DNA of 64,000 nt, taken from positions 32,001-96,000 of the forward strand of contig CAVZMI010000034.1 of assembly GCA_963776275.1 (NCBI GenBank), written 5' to 3'. The notes below the pieces were generated by a model, which worked only from the letters and a program-made list of their open reading frames with translations, was not told the DNA's origin and ran no database searches. The DNA comes from Ignavibacteriota bacterium. Lineage in GTDB: Bacteria > Bacteroidota > Ignavibacteria > UBA10030 > CAVZMI01. Position numbers and translations under genes: made by a program. Shown here piece after piece: positions 21,416 through 31,380 of the stretch. Position 1 is the first letter of the stretch, and each line of letters opens with the position of its first letter.

Positions 21416-22015
21416 ATGGCCAATCAGAAAATAGATGATGAAAACGAATTTCTCGAGAGTGAAGACGACTTCAACCGTGAACTCGAAATAGCTATAAGAG
21501 AAGCATACCCAGCCCTTCTCAATAGGGTCAGGACTGCGGGGTTTGCAGGCTATCGCCGACGCTTGGGTTTGGAAAAGGATCTAGCCGATGAGGCAGTCTT
21601 CCATTTTATAAAGCATTGTAAACGCAAACACACGCTCCCTGACAATGCACTTAAATATCTTGTTGCCATTGCCCGCAATATCGCAAAGAAAGAGTACCGC
21701 AACAAGGATAGGATTACCCCTCTATCCCGAAGGAGTGTATCCAGTTTATCTATCGCTGAACTTACAATAACGGAGGACATACAAGAGGTTGAATTGGAAG
21801 GGGACGAGGCTTCATACCAGGAGATACTCATGGAGAAAGTTCGCATCATGATTGAAAAACTGCCCCCCAAGCAGCGGAAAGCGGTTAAACTCCATATAGA
21901 AGATCCAGCAGCAACACAAAAGCAGCAGGCCGAAAGAATGGGTGTAGATGAAGGCGCTTTTCGAAAGGATCTTACAAGGGCAATGGATAGACTTAAACGG
22001 GAACTGAATCCTTGA
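21416..22015 (+). CDS. Sigma70-family (ECF-like) factor
   Basis: DLADEA...YLVAIARN resembles region 2. IEKLPPKQRKAV...AERMGV...RKDLTRAMDRLK resembles the region 4 HTH. Confidence 0.7.
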   Translation: MANQKIDDENEFLESEDDFNRELEIAIREAYPALLNRVRTAGFAGYRRRLGLEKDLADEAVFHFIKHCKRKHTLPDNALKYLVAIARNIAKKEYRNKDRITPLSRRSVSSLSIAELTITEDIQEVELEGDEASYQEILMEKVRIMIEKLPPKQRKAVKLHIEDPAATQKQQAERMGVDEGAFRKDLTRAMDRLKRELNP

Positions 22016-22080
22016 GTACGACAGAAAATGTCCGGTATGCGACTCCATTGTTATGTGAATAAAAAAAAAGGAGATCAAAA

Positions 22081-23298
22081 ATGGAAGAAACAGCAAAACC
22101 AAATCAGACAAGCCCTTTTGAATCTACCCCACCACCGATTCTTAGCTGGGAAGGGCAAAAGAATTGGCAGAAGCCCCGATTCGAGGCGAGGTACTTCCAC
22201 CGTAAACGGATCGAGGTTTGGAACGGATATGTACGAACTAGGGATGTGAAGGGATGGGTTGACAATGTTCGGATCGAGCTATTCGTTGAAAAATGGAAGC
22301 GTGATAATCATGGATTACCTCCAGGTAACGAAGATATACTTCAATGGATGAAGAACGATCCCTACGATGAGTTTGATCTGAAGAGCCTGGGAGAGAGCAT
22401 TGTGAATAATGGGGTCAGACAACCTATCGTGGTGACAAGTGATGGCGTACTCCTCGATGGAAATCGACGCTACTTCGCTGCATTGATGATGCTGGAGAAG
22501 TCTGAACAAGAACACGCCCCTGATATCTCCGAAATGGTAAGCCAGCTCCCGGCTTATGTCTTGAGTCCCACCTGCGAACCTTCGGAATATGACTCAGTGC
22601 TTGTCGAGGAGAATTTTGTCGATGATTGCCGCCGAGAATGGCCCAATTTCATCAAAGCTAAGAAAGTCTTCGAAGCGTACGGTGAAATGAGGGAACGGGG
22701 CAAATCACGTTCAGAGGCTCTTTCAGATTTGGTCGTTCGTTTTGGCATTTTACGCAGTCGAGCAGAGAGATTCATCAAAATGATGGATCTAATCCAGGAG
22801 TTCCATGACCATCATTCCACTAACGACGAGGAATCCGGCCAGCAGGCCAAGGACGAGTATGAGGTTAGGTGGAGAGCACAAAAGTATTTCGAATACTTCG
22901 ACGAGTTACATAAGACGCGAGTATTGAACACACTCGACAATGATCCGGAGCTGAGAACCAAGGTGTTCGAAAGGCTTTACGATGGCGACTTCTCTAGCTT
23001 CGCTCAAATAAGGAAAGTTCCAGAAATCGCAGCTGACCGACGTGCACGTGATAAGTTCATTTTAGGCTCGGGCAAGCGAGCAGTTGATGAGGCAATCGAA
23101 TGGGTTACAGTCGTGGGCGTCGCAAAGAAAGCACTCAACAACAACGACCGCATAACGAGCTTCTTGCGCTTTTTGTTGAGCTTGACAGCTGAAGAAATGG
23201 AGAACCTAGATCCTGTTGCAATAACTGAACTAAAGAATATTTCGACGAAGGTCGCTGATATGGCCAACGCCGCAAAGGGAGGTGAAAAAGATAATTGA
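22081..23298 (+). CDS. ParB/Srx-like N-terminal domain protein
   Basis: LKSLGESIVNNGVRQPIVVTSDGVLLDGNRRY ParB-type core followed by a helical C-terminal region. Confidence 0.8.
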   Translation: MEETAKPNQTSPFESTPPPILSWEGQKNWQKPRFEARYFHRKRIEVWNGYVRTRDVKGWVDNVRIELFVEKWKRDNHGLPPGNEDILQWMKNDPYDEFDLKSLGESIVNNGVRQPIVVTSDGVLLDGNRRYFAALMMLEKSEQEHAPDISEMVSQLPAYVLSPTCEPSEYDSVLVEENFVDDCRREWPNFIKAKKVFEAYGEMRERGKSRSEALSDLVVRFGILRSRAERFIKMMDLIQEFHDHHSTNDEESGQQAKDEYEVRWRAQKYFEYFDELHKTRVLNTLDNDPELRTKVFERLYDGDFSSFAQIRKVPEIAADRRARDKFILGSGKRAVDEAIEWVTVVGVAKKALNNNDRITSFLRFLLSLTAEEMENLDPVAITELKNISTKVADMANAAKGGEKDN

Positions 23299-25037
23299 AA
23301 GAAGCACTCGGCTTAATAGACATAGATCAAAGCGACATCGCGTTTGTTTGCAAAACGCTGTCGCCATACAATCGCCGTAAATCAATTGAACTAATCAGGA
23401 GGGTAAATCCCTCCGCCAAGATTTCCATTGATGGAACTCTCTTGAGATTCAGTGTCACGGATGCGGTTGCCCTGCGGGCCAGTATCGACAGCTCTGAGTT
23501 CACCTGGTCGGAAAATGCAGCCATGTGGATAACAACCTTCTCTCAGAATTACTCAAACCTAAGTCGCTCCCGTCGACGTCTTTGGGAACTACAGAGACAT
23601 GGCACTGCTAAGAAGTTGCTATCAGATTATTCTAATTTCACGAACCTTGATGAGCATCAGATCATTGCTGTTGCCGCCATGACGGATAAGACCATTACTG
23701 GCATATGCTTGTTCGACGAGCAAGGCCTTGGAAAAACAGTCATGGCTATTCATTCTTTTGATCGCCTCAAGCAGGAGAGTTTAGCGGATGCGGTCTTGAT
23801 ATTTGCACCCAAAAACATGTTGGAGGAGTGGAAGAAGGATTTCGAACGATTCATGGGTGGAAAGTATAGAATCCAGATCCTCTCGGGTGAACGGAGAAAG
23901 AAGTACCAGTCACTTCTTGAGAGCGCTGACGTGTATATTACAAATTACGAGACCGCCTACTCCCTAGAAGACTCCTTGCGTTCCATTCTCAACAGGAAGA
24001 TAGGTAAAGTTGTTCTCGTTGTTGATGAGAGTTTCTACATAAAAAACCGAAATACGAGGCGGGGTATAGCCATTAGACGACTACGAAACCTATGCGAGCG
24101 GTGTTGGGTTCTATGTGGAACGCCTGCACCTAACAACGCGCTCGATGTGGTGCATCAGTTTGAAGTAGCAGATGCTGGTGCTACTTTTGCCGGTGTTGAA
24201 CTTCCAAAAAATGGAAAGAGACTTCAAGAGGTCATCAAGACCACAGTGGAGTCGAGAGGCGTATACTTGCGTCGACTGAAACGCGATGTTCTTCCTGAAT
24301 TGCCCGCGAAGCAGTTCGAGCTAGTTGTCGTACCGATGGAGTCAGAACAGCAGAGTCTCTACGGAAATGCACTCCGATTGCTCGTTAAAGACGTGAAGGC
24401 TTCGGATGAGATAATCTTCAATAAACAATATGCATCATTCTTGTCACGGAAGATGAAGCTACTTCAAATCTGCAGCCATCCGGGGCAAATCGTCGATCAG
24501 TACCAAGGCTTACCAGCAAAGATGGTGGCATTGGATGGTCTACTGCGTCACCTTATAGACGAAAACGGCGAAAAGGTCGTTCTGTGGTCCTACTTTCGAT
24601 ACACAATTGATCAATTGATCCGGAGATACGACCTATATAAACCGGTAAAACTCGATGGTAGTGTACAAGACACTACAAAACGGTCTCAAGCAATACGCAG
24701 CTTTCAAGAAGATAGTGAAACAATGCTCTTTGTCGGTAACCCTGCTGCTGGTGGAACTGGTATCACTTTGACACGATCCTGCACCATGATCTATGAATCT
24801 TTCTCACCACAGACAGCACATTACCTCCAAAGTCTCGACAGGATACATAGAAGAGGCCAAACGCGTGATGTGTATTACTATGTTTTGCTATGTAAAGGCT
24901 CGATCGAAGAAGATGAGTACGAGAGATTATTGAGAAAAGAAATTCAATCAGCCGAGTTATTCAGTGACCCGTTGCCAGAAGCGACACCGAGAGAAGTGTT
25001 CCTTGAGGAACTGATCGGTGCTTTGAAGAAACTCTAG
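23295..25037 (+). CDS. SNF2-family helicase/ATPase
   Basis: DEQGLGKT, VVDES, LCGTPAPN, LRRLKRDV, GGTGITLT and QSLDRIHRRGQ. Start overlaps the upstream stop. Confidence 0.9.
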   Translation: MKEALGLIDIDQSDIAFVCKTLSPYNRRKSIELIRRVNPSAKISIDGTLLRFSVTDAVALRASIDSSEFTWSENAAMWITTFSQNYSNLSRSRRRLWELQRHGTAKKLLSDYSNFTNLDEHQIIAVAAMTDKTITGICLFDEQGLGKTVMAIHSFDRLKQESLADAVLIFAPKNMLEEWKKDFERFMGGKYRIQILSGERRKKYQSLLESADVYITNYETAYSLEDSLRSILNRKIGKVVLVVDESFYIKNRNTRRGIAIRRLRNLCERCWVLCGTPAPNNALDVVHQFEVADAGATFAGVELPKNGKRLQEVIKTTVESRGVYLRRLKRDVLPELPAKQFELVVVPMESEQQSLYGNALRLLVKDVKASDEIIFNKQYASFLSRKMKLLQICSHPGQIVDQYQGLPAKMVALDGLLRHLIDENGEKVVLWSYFRYTIDQLIRRYDLYKPVKLDGSVQDTTKRSQAIRSFQEDSETMLFVGNPAAGGTGITLTRSCTMIYESFSPQTAHYLQSLDRIHRRGQTRDVYYYVLLCKGSIEEDEYERLLRKEIQSAELFSDPLPEATPREVFLEELIGALKKL

Positions 25038-25054
25038 CTTTATGATATCGATAA

Positions 25055-26364
25055 CTATTTTATTTCCCGGCTCTTGTCTAGAATGAGGATATGTTTAGAA
25101 ATGATATCGCGGCGATGGCCGTTGTTACCCAACCAATTACGCGCTTCCTTCGGATTTTTATTGCGCCGCATCCTTGCCGGGTTTAACATTGTATGAGGTC
25201 GATCTGAGAGACGATCCAATAGAGTCAGGTTATGACAAACGATAACCCCTCGTAGTTTATGAGTTTTCGCGCTCTGCATGGCTTTTTTTATTGTTTTTCC
25301 AATTACCTCTCCTAACCCCACCGGTACAGCATTGCCAATTTGTTTGTATTGTTCAGAAATGCCACCCGCAAATCGCCAGTTATCTGGGAATTGTTGGATG
25401 CGAGCATATTCCCTTACACTCAGTGGTCGAAGTTTTGTGGGGTGGCACAACAAGGTTGCTTTGTAGGTGGGATGTGTCGTTAGTGATGGTGCTGGTCTCT
25501 TCCATGAAAGTCTTCTGAAGAAACCACTCCTCCCCCCCACGAGTCGTATGCTTTGCCGAGTGCCTCCTCTTGTACACCAGGTTTTAAGTCTCTCCAGTTG
25601 CCACCTTCGGGTATGTGCTTTAAGTACTTCTTATATGTCGGTGGCAATGGAGTATATTTTTGACTCTTTTCCCTCAACCCCTTAAGGGCTTCGTGCAACC
25701 CGAACCAAGGAAGGCGCCCCTTTTTTCTACTTTTAGAATGAGAAGGTTTTATGAACCGCAAATCTTCTCCATCTCGTGAACCAATAAATACAACGCGTTG
25801 TCTTGACTGAGGTACGCCATAGTCAGCTGCATCAAGTAAGTCAAAAACTATATAGTAACCAGTCTTCTTTAGTTCTCTAAGAATTAATGCAAAAGCTGAT
25901 CCTAATTCCTCCTCGATCGTCAGTGGCGGAAACCCTGGTCATCGTCTCTTAAGTTGGCGATGCTTAATGGCAGCGGAAAGAAGTCCTTTTACATTCTCCA
26001 TTACAAAGAACCGTGGTTTTGCTTCATTAATAACTCTTAAAAATTCTTTGAACATTTTCCCACGTGGATCGCCAACTGATCCTCTTTGTCCTGCTGTACT
26101 GAATGCCTGACAAGATGGTCCTGCAGCTACAATAGCAATATCACCAATTCCAAGACCCGCTGCCATCAAAAGTTCTTTTGTAGATACATCCTCTATTTTA
26201 TTTTCAAAAAGTTTGATGTCTGGTCGGTTAATGCGGATTGTCTCCGCTGCATGTTTGTTACACTCAACCGCAACACGAACATTAAAACCAGCCTTCTCAA
26301 GACCAATATCAAGCCCTAATGCTCCTGAGAATATAGATATTATAGATTTGTTTCTCTTGCTCAT
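25055..26364 (-). pseudogene. DNA (cytosine-5)-methyltransferase, SinI/Sau96I-like; interrupted by in-frame TGA (25939-25941) and a G7-tract frameshift (~25535)
   Basis: FSGALGLD, GPSCQAFS, MENVKG, YGVPQSRQR, RRLSWKRPAPSLTT, RPLSVREYARIQQFP and QIGNAVP. The lesions may be assembly errors. Confidence 0.85.
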
Positions 26365-26709
26365 GTAGGAATCTTAAAGAAATATATGTTCATCTTGTAG
26401 CTTCATCAAGACGGTTTATTAAGAGTGCGTTTTCTGTTGTAGATAACTGAATATAATTAAAGTACGAGAGTGTACATTTACTTTATAGTCCCTTCGCATC
26501 CCTGAGCTTCCCATCAGCATTGTCTGTTTCAAATCCTGCATCACTTTCTCAATCGTGTAAGATGAGTGCAATACGCTTACATAATTACATGCCTCGGTTT
26601 GATGTCCCTAGTTCTAAAAAATATATCTGTTTTTTGCTGTGAAAGCAAGCCTATCGACGCCTCCTACAATTTTGAAAGATTACGTCCATTCCGGTTGCCT
26701 TGCTTCCAT

Positions 26710-26795
26710 ATCAGCTTATCCGGCATTAAAAAAAGTCGGAAGTATTCGGAAAAGGCGAAGGTAGTGTAGGAAGAAGCTTTTAAAAATGCAAGGAG
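26710..26795 (-). repeat. Direct repeat copy 2 (sigma70 promoter-containing)
   Basis: Matches 20035-20122 with a few substitutions and two 1-nt indels. Confidence 0.9.
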
Positions 26796-26868
26796 GAGGT
26801 CAATATTGATTGATAATTCTCATCTCTTTAATCTCATCGCCAACCTGAATCTGATCCATGTACTATAA

Positions 26869-28272
26869 TCAAAAATAGGGCCGCATCCGGTATTTCATTC
26901 CAAGCGTTTTCTCGATGAACTCTTTTGCTTTCTCCTGATCCACTTCATCCATACCTACGATGCTCATAACAACCTCGGGGAGGTATTTCTGGCATTCCCT
27001 GGCGAACTCGAGTATTGCGGTATAGAAACGGGGACCGTCGATACGCATCAGGCGGCCGTACTGTTCGGGATCCGTGGAATTCAGGCTTATCGATACACTA
27101 TCGATCAATCCCACAAGTTCCGGAACTATATTCCGTTTATTGATAACGCTGCCGTGTCCATCGGTGTTGAGGCGGACTTTTCCACCGTGCTCTTTGACCC
27201 ATCGTGCAATATCTTTCAGCTCATCGAGGCGAATCGTCGGCTCACCATACCCGCAAAAGACAATCTCATCGTATTTTGTCGGATCGCCGATTTGGTCGAT
27301 GACTTCCTGTGCGGTCGGTTCCTCAGTGATGCGAAGATTATGTCCTTTTATGACTGCCTCGCCTTTGCGATCGCAGAAAACACAATCAGCATTGCAGCGG
27401 ATCGTCAGGTTAATGTATAGAGCATTCTTGAGCTCGTACACGATCCGTGGCGGATCGAGGCTCCCGATGCCGAATAACTTTTTTGCGTTATACGACGTTG
27501 TCCGCTCTACATCTTTTATCGTTGCGTGCAATATTTCAGCGATTTTTTCTGCAACAATTTTCACGTTTGCCGGTTCGTTCCGCCGGCCGCGGAAAGGGAC
27601 GGGAGTAAGATACGGGGCGTCGGTTTCAACCATTATATAATCATAACTGATCTTTTTCAGCACATCGACGGTACTGGAATTTCTAAACGTTACAATTCCC
27701 GGAAACGAAATCAGAAAACCCATCTCAATGAGCTTCCAGGCTGTTTCTGCATCCCCTGCATAACAATGGAACACTCCCTTATGAATCGGGACCTTACCGT
27801 CCGATCCCGTCGTTCCACTCCGCCATTTCGGTTCCTGAGCGATCGTTTCCTCGACGATACGGATGGCATTATTAAGTGAATCGCGAGTGTGAATCACCAC
27901 CGGGAGATTTCTCCGGACAGCAATACGAAGCTGCTCGCGGAACACATCAACCTGAGTCTCACGGGGAGAAAAGTCGTAATAGTAATCGAGTCCGATCTCG
28001 CCGATAGCGACCACCTTCGGGTGCTTGCTTATTTGTTCGATTTCTTTGAGTGATTCCGTTGTGGCCTTGCCTGCATCATGGGGATGGAAACCGACACAGG
28101 CATAGATCATGTCGTATCGTTCTGCCAGATCGATAACGGTTCGGCTGGTTGCATAGTCAACTGCCGGCACAACAATATATTCAATACCGGCTTCGCGTGC
28201 ACGAGCGATAACTTCATCGATATCACCCTGGAATTCGGGAGAATAAAGGTGAGCATGTGTATCTATAAGCAT
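26869..28272 (-). CDS. TatD-family nuclease fused to a TatD-associated radical SAM domain
   Basis: DTHAH, GEIGLDY, IHTR and ETDAPY, followed by LYINLTIRCNADCVFC (CxxxCxxC) and FCGYGEPT. Confidence 0.9.
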   Translation of the reverse strand: MLIDTHAHLYSPEFQGDIDEVIARAREAGIEYIVVPAVDYATSRTVIDLAERYDMIYACVGFHPHDAGKATTESLKEIEQISKHPKVVAIGEIGLDYYYDFSPRETQVDVFREQLRIAVRRNLPVVIHTRDSLNNAIRIVEETIAQEPKWRSGTTGSDGKVPIHKGVFHCYAGDAETAWKLIEMGFLISFPGIVTFRNSSTVDVLKKISYDYIMVETDAPYLTPVPFRGRRNEPANVKIVAEKIAEILHATIKDVERTTSYNAKKLFGIGSLDPPRIVYELKNALYINLTIRCNADCVFCDRKGEAVIKGHNLRITEEPTAQEVIDQIGDPTKYDEIVFCGYGEPTIRLDELKDIARWVKEHGGKVRLNTDGHGSVINKRNIVPELVGLIDSVSISLNSTDPEQYGRLMRIDGPRFYTAILEFARECQKYLPEVVMSIVGMDEVDQEKAKEFIEKTLGMKYRMRPYF

Positions 28273-28390
28273 GGAACAAGAATATTCTTATGATTGAACT
28301 TTTCTTTAATATACCAAGCACGGCCCTGAGAGGCAAGCGGAGAGTGTCGCTGTCAGATATGAGAATATAAAAGCAGATATTTCACATTTG

Positions 28391-29077
28391 TCAATGCGGA
28401 TAAATTTTTCCTATTCCATTGACTGTTTTATTTACAACCGGCGGATTGCCTTCATACACAATACTTCCAACACCATTAATTTCAGCATTTAATTGTTGTG
28501 TGACATGAACTTCACAATTTCCTGTCCCGTTAATGGTGGCTGTACACACGGAGGAAACCAAACCGAAATTGCTGATATTTCCCGCCCCATCGATGAAAAT
28601 CGTTTGAGTGCTGGCATCTCCGTCAAGTGAAATATTTCCGGCACCCTCGATCCGGCATTTCACCGCATCGCAATGAATCGGGTTAGTAGTAGTAATATCT
28701 CCCGCTCCGATAATTTCAAGGTTTTCGATTGTCGTCAGGGTGACATAAACTCTAACCGTAGTGTTGGTGTATGATCCTTCATCCAATCCTACGATCAGGT
28801 ATCCGTTTTCACACCGTGTGACTACTCTGTCGATAATATTATCGTCGGCCTCAACCCGTATGCTCTGATGGGTGTCTTGTGTCAGATATACTTTTGCCGA
28901 TCCGACGATCTGTACGCTCTGACAAGGCTGAACGACTCGTTCCTCGGATACAGTCCTTCCCGAGCCGACAATGGATTCGCTGTCTTCATAATTATGATGG
29001 TGATGAAAACAGCCCTGAGTAAAGATAGAGAGCGTAATAATAAGAATAGCGGATATAATTATTCGGCGATATTGCAT
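28391..29077 (-). CDS. DUF2807 (head GIN domain) lipoprotein
   Basis: Lipobox TQGC, IVGSG..VSEER, IRVEADDN and repeated I-x-G-A-G-x-I beta-helix units. Confidence 0.85.
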   Translation of the reverse strand: MQYRRIIISAILIITLSIFTQGCFHHHHNYEDSESIVGSGRTVSEERVVQPCQSVQIVGSAKVYLTQDTHQSIRVEADDNIIDRVVTRCENGYLIVGLDEGSYTNTTVRVYVTLTTIENLEIIGAGDITTTNPIHCDAVKCRIEGAGNISLDGDASTQTIFIDGAGNISNFGLVSSVCTATINGTGNCEVHVTQQLNAEINGVGSIVYEGNPPVVNKTVNGIGKIYPH

Positions 29078-29187
29078 TGTGTGTTCCTCACTGGATGATG
29101 TTTTATTCTTATCACTATTCATATACGTAAAATTGGGCAACCTGTTTCAGAATTACTCTTTAATAATTGCTTTATCCAGGATTTAAG

Positions 29188-31380
29188 TCACAAAAGTGCT
29201 TCAACCGTCAGTGTAAATCGTCGTACTGGCGCGATATTACCAATCAATTCCACATAATAATATTGAAAGATATTATATGCATTAAACGTAATACGTGCAG
29301 GGATGCCATAATGCGATCCGTCGAACATGAGACGGGCATCAGTGACATAGATAGGGACCCGCAGGTCTCCGTCTTTGACTATGTTGAGTGTGACAAACTC
29401 CCTATCGATCCTGTCGATTTTGCTGATAAACCGGAAATCGATTCCGGCGCTGAACGATCCGATGGTTGCGTCGAATCCGGCCATGAGTACATGGCGGGGT
29501 CTGTATTTTAAAAGGTCATTAAGCGTAAGGTCGCGCGGATAGACATAGGTGTAGGCAAGCTCGGCCTTGAGGAGATTATGGAATAATGAGGATTGAAGGT
29601 GAACTTCTCCGCCGAGGATACGTGCGCGTGTAACATTATTAAACTGTCCGAATGATTTTCCTCCGATGACAACAAAACGGGGCTCGATCATATCCCAGAA
29701 CTCATTTTGAAAAAGTGCGCAATCGACAGCGACATCGGATACTATCCGAGCGTTCAACCCGATTTCTATTGACAAGCTTCGTTCAGGCTGAAGCGAAGGA
29801 TTCGGGATGATGGTGAGTCCGCCGGCACTCGTGACCGTGAATGTTTCGCCGACCGTCGGTACACGAAATCCGCTCCCGGCCGATGCCCTGACAATGATCC
29901 CCTCGGACAGCGTCGCGGTCAGACCGAGTTTCGGATTGAAGCGCGAAAAAGCCGAAAGAGAATCGATTTTTTGATAATCATATCGAGCACCCGCGGTAAC
30001 ATGCAGCGAAGTCATGATTGCATATTCATCCTGGATGTAGAATGCCCCACCGCCTCCCGATCGTTTGCCAAAAATGTTCGCATCGACCTTATCGATTCGT
30101 CCTTCTATACCCGCCGTGAGATAATGCTGCGGATGAATCTGAGTTTCAATCTGCACTTCGTTAACAAAAAGGTTTGCCAGCGACTTATTCCCCACTCCAT
30201 TGATGTTGCCGACATTATCCTCCCAGTCAGTCCGGTACCACATCGATTTGAAAGTGAATGAAAGATCCTCTGTGAGAAATGTTTTAAAATCCGAGCTGAC
30301 ATTCACCCGTGTCGTTTTTACCCATTCACCAAGCTGATCTTCCTGCGGCTGAAGCGCGTGATAAATATCGCGCCAGAAGAGAAAGCTTCCTGTCCGATGG
30401 GAATAGAAGTTAGTACTCAAAGTCCAGCGGGTGAACGGACTGAATTCATACCCGGCTTTCGCATAGAAATTCAAACGTCGGGCATAATCATTTTCACGGT
30501 ATCCATCATCGACCGTACGATTTGCCGAGAGCGCCAATGTAAGCTTATCGAAACGCTGTGTATGAGTAAGATATAGACCGGCCTGACCCCGCGTTACAGA
30601 GGACCACTTCCATTCATCGTAGAGCGGACGGTCATACACACTCAAAAAAGTCTTTATCACAGTCACAGGTTGTGATTCAACTTCTTTCGTAATAATATTG
30701 ATAACCCCCCCGAGCGCATTCGATCCGTACAGTGCCGATCCGGCTCCTTTCACAACTTCGACCCGATCGATGCTCATTACCGGAATGGATTCAAAAATAA
30801 TCTCGCCCGTATCGCCGGTGAGATAAGGGATCCCGTCGAGCAGCACCAGCACGCGGCTTCCGATTCCGCGGGCATATCCGCTCGATCCGCGGATGTTGAT
30901 TTGCCATTGCGTCATGTTGACGCCGGGGATATATCGCAGCGCTTCGTCCATGGTGATAATATTCCGTGTGCGAATCATCTCGGCTCCCATTACGGCAACA
31001 GTCGTCGGTACATCCTGAATATTCTGTTCATGCTTTGCTGCAGTTATAACGACGGGTTGAGTTTGAACAGGCTGGGGTGTCAGCAGAATCGTGATCGTGC
31101 TAATTGAGTCTTTCGCAACACGGACGTTCACGACTTTTTTCGTGGCGAAACCAACCATGGAGACTTCAAGAGTAAAAAGCCCCGGAGGCACTCTTTGGAG
31201 TGCAAATTCGCCCTGTGTATTTGTAGTACTCCCCAGCAGAGTACCATGAACGGAGACTGAAACACCGAGAAGCGGCGATCCGTCCTCATCGGATCTAACA
31301 ACACCCCGAAGCGTACCGTTCTGTGCTAATGATATTTGATGGAATACTATCAGTGCAAAAATGAAAGAGTACCATCTCAT
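29188..31380 (-). CDS. TonB-dependent receptor
   Basis: N-terminal carboxypeptidase-like extension, plug motifs (INIRG, VLVLLDG, IDRVEVVKGAGSALYGSNALGGVINIIT) and a beta-barrel. Confidence 0.93.
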   Translation of the reverse strand: MRWYSFIFALIVFHQISLAQNGTLRGVVRSDEDGSPLLGVSVSVHGTLLGSTTNTQGEFALQRVPPGLFTLEVSMVGFATKKVVNVRVAKDSISTITILLTPQPVQTQPVVITAAKHEQNIQDVPTTVAVMGAEMIRTRNIITMDEALRYIPGVNMTQWQINIRGSSGYARGIGSRVLVLLDGIPYLTGDTGEIIFESIPVMSIDRVEVVKGAGSALYGSNALGGVINIITKEVESQPVTVIKTFLSVYDRPLYDEWKWSSVTRGQAGLYLTHTQRFDKLTLALSANRTVDDGYRENDYARRLNFYAKAGYEFSPFTRWTLSTNFYSHRTGSFLFWRDIYHALQPQEDQLGEWVKTTRVNVSSDFKTFLTEDLSFTFKSMWYRTDWEDNVGNINGVGNKSLANLFVNEVQIETQIHPQHYLTAGIEGRIDKVDANIFGKRSGGGGAFYIQDEYAIMTSLHVTAGARYDYQKIDSLSAFSRFNPKLGLTATLSEGIIVRASAGSGFRVPTVGETFTVTSAGGLTIIPNPSLQPERSLSIEIGLNARIVSDVAVDCALFQNEFWDMIEPRFVVIGGKSFGQFNNVTRARILGGEVHLQSSLFHNLLKAELAYTYVYPRDLTLNDLLKYRPRHVLMAGFDATIGSFSAGIDFRFISKIDRIDREFVTLNIVKDGDLRVPIYVTDARLMFDGSHYGIPARITFNAYNIFQYYYVELIGNIAPVRRFTLTVEALL

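Larger units (their letters stand above)
20425..26560. mobile_element. Genomic island with putative DNA modification/defence module (boundaries approximate)
   Basis: Five DNA-acting genes interrupt host context, next to a truncated T9SS gene and between two direct repeats. No integrase or transposase seen. Confidence 0.6.

Noticed and set aside
25939-25941. TGA recoding (Gly/Trp/Sec) in the methyltransferase
   Set aside because: Neighbouring island and host genes use TGA as a normal stop, the position is not a catalytic Cys, and no SECIS-like element was identified.
20587-26364. Calling the island a standard Type II RM, DISARM or BREX system
   Set aside because: No recognisable restriction endonuclease, DrmA/DrmB/PLD, or PglX/PglZ/BrxC components.
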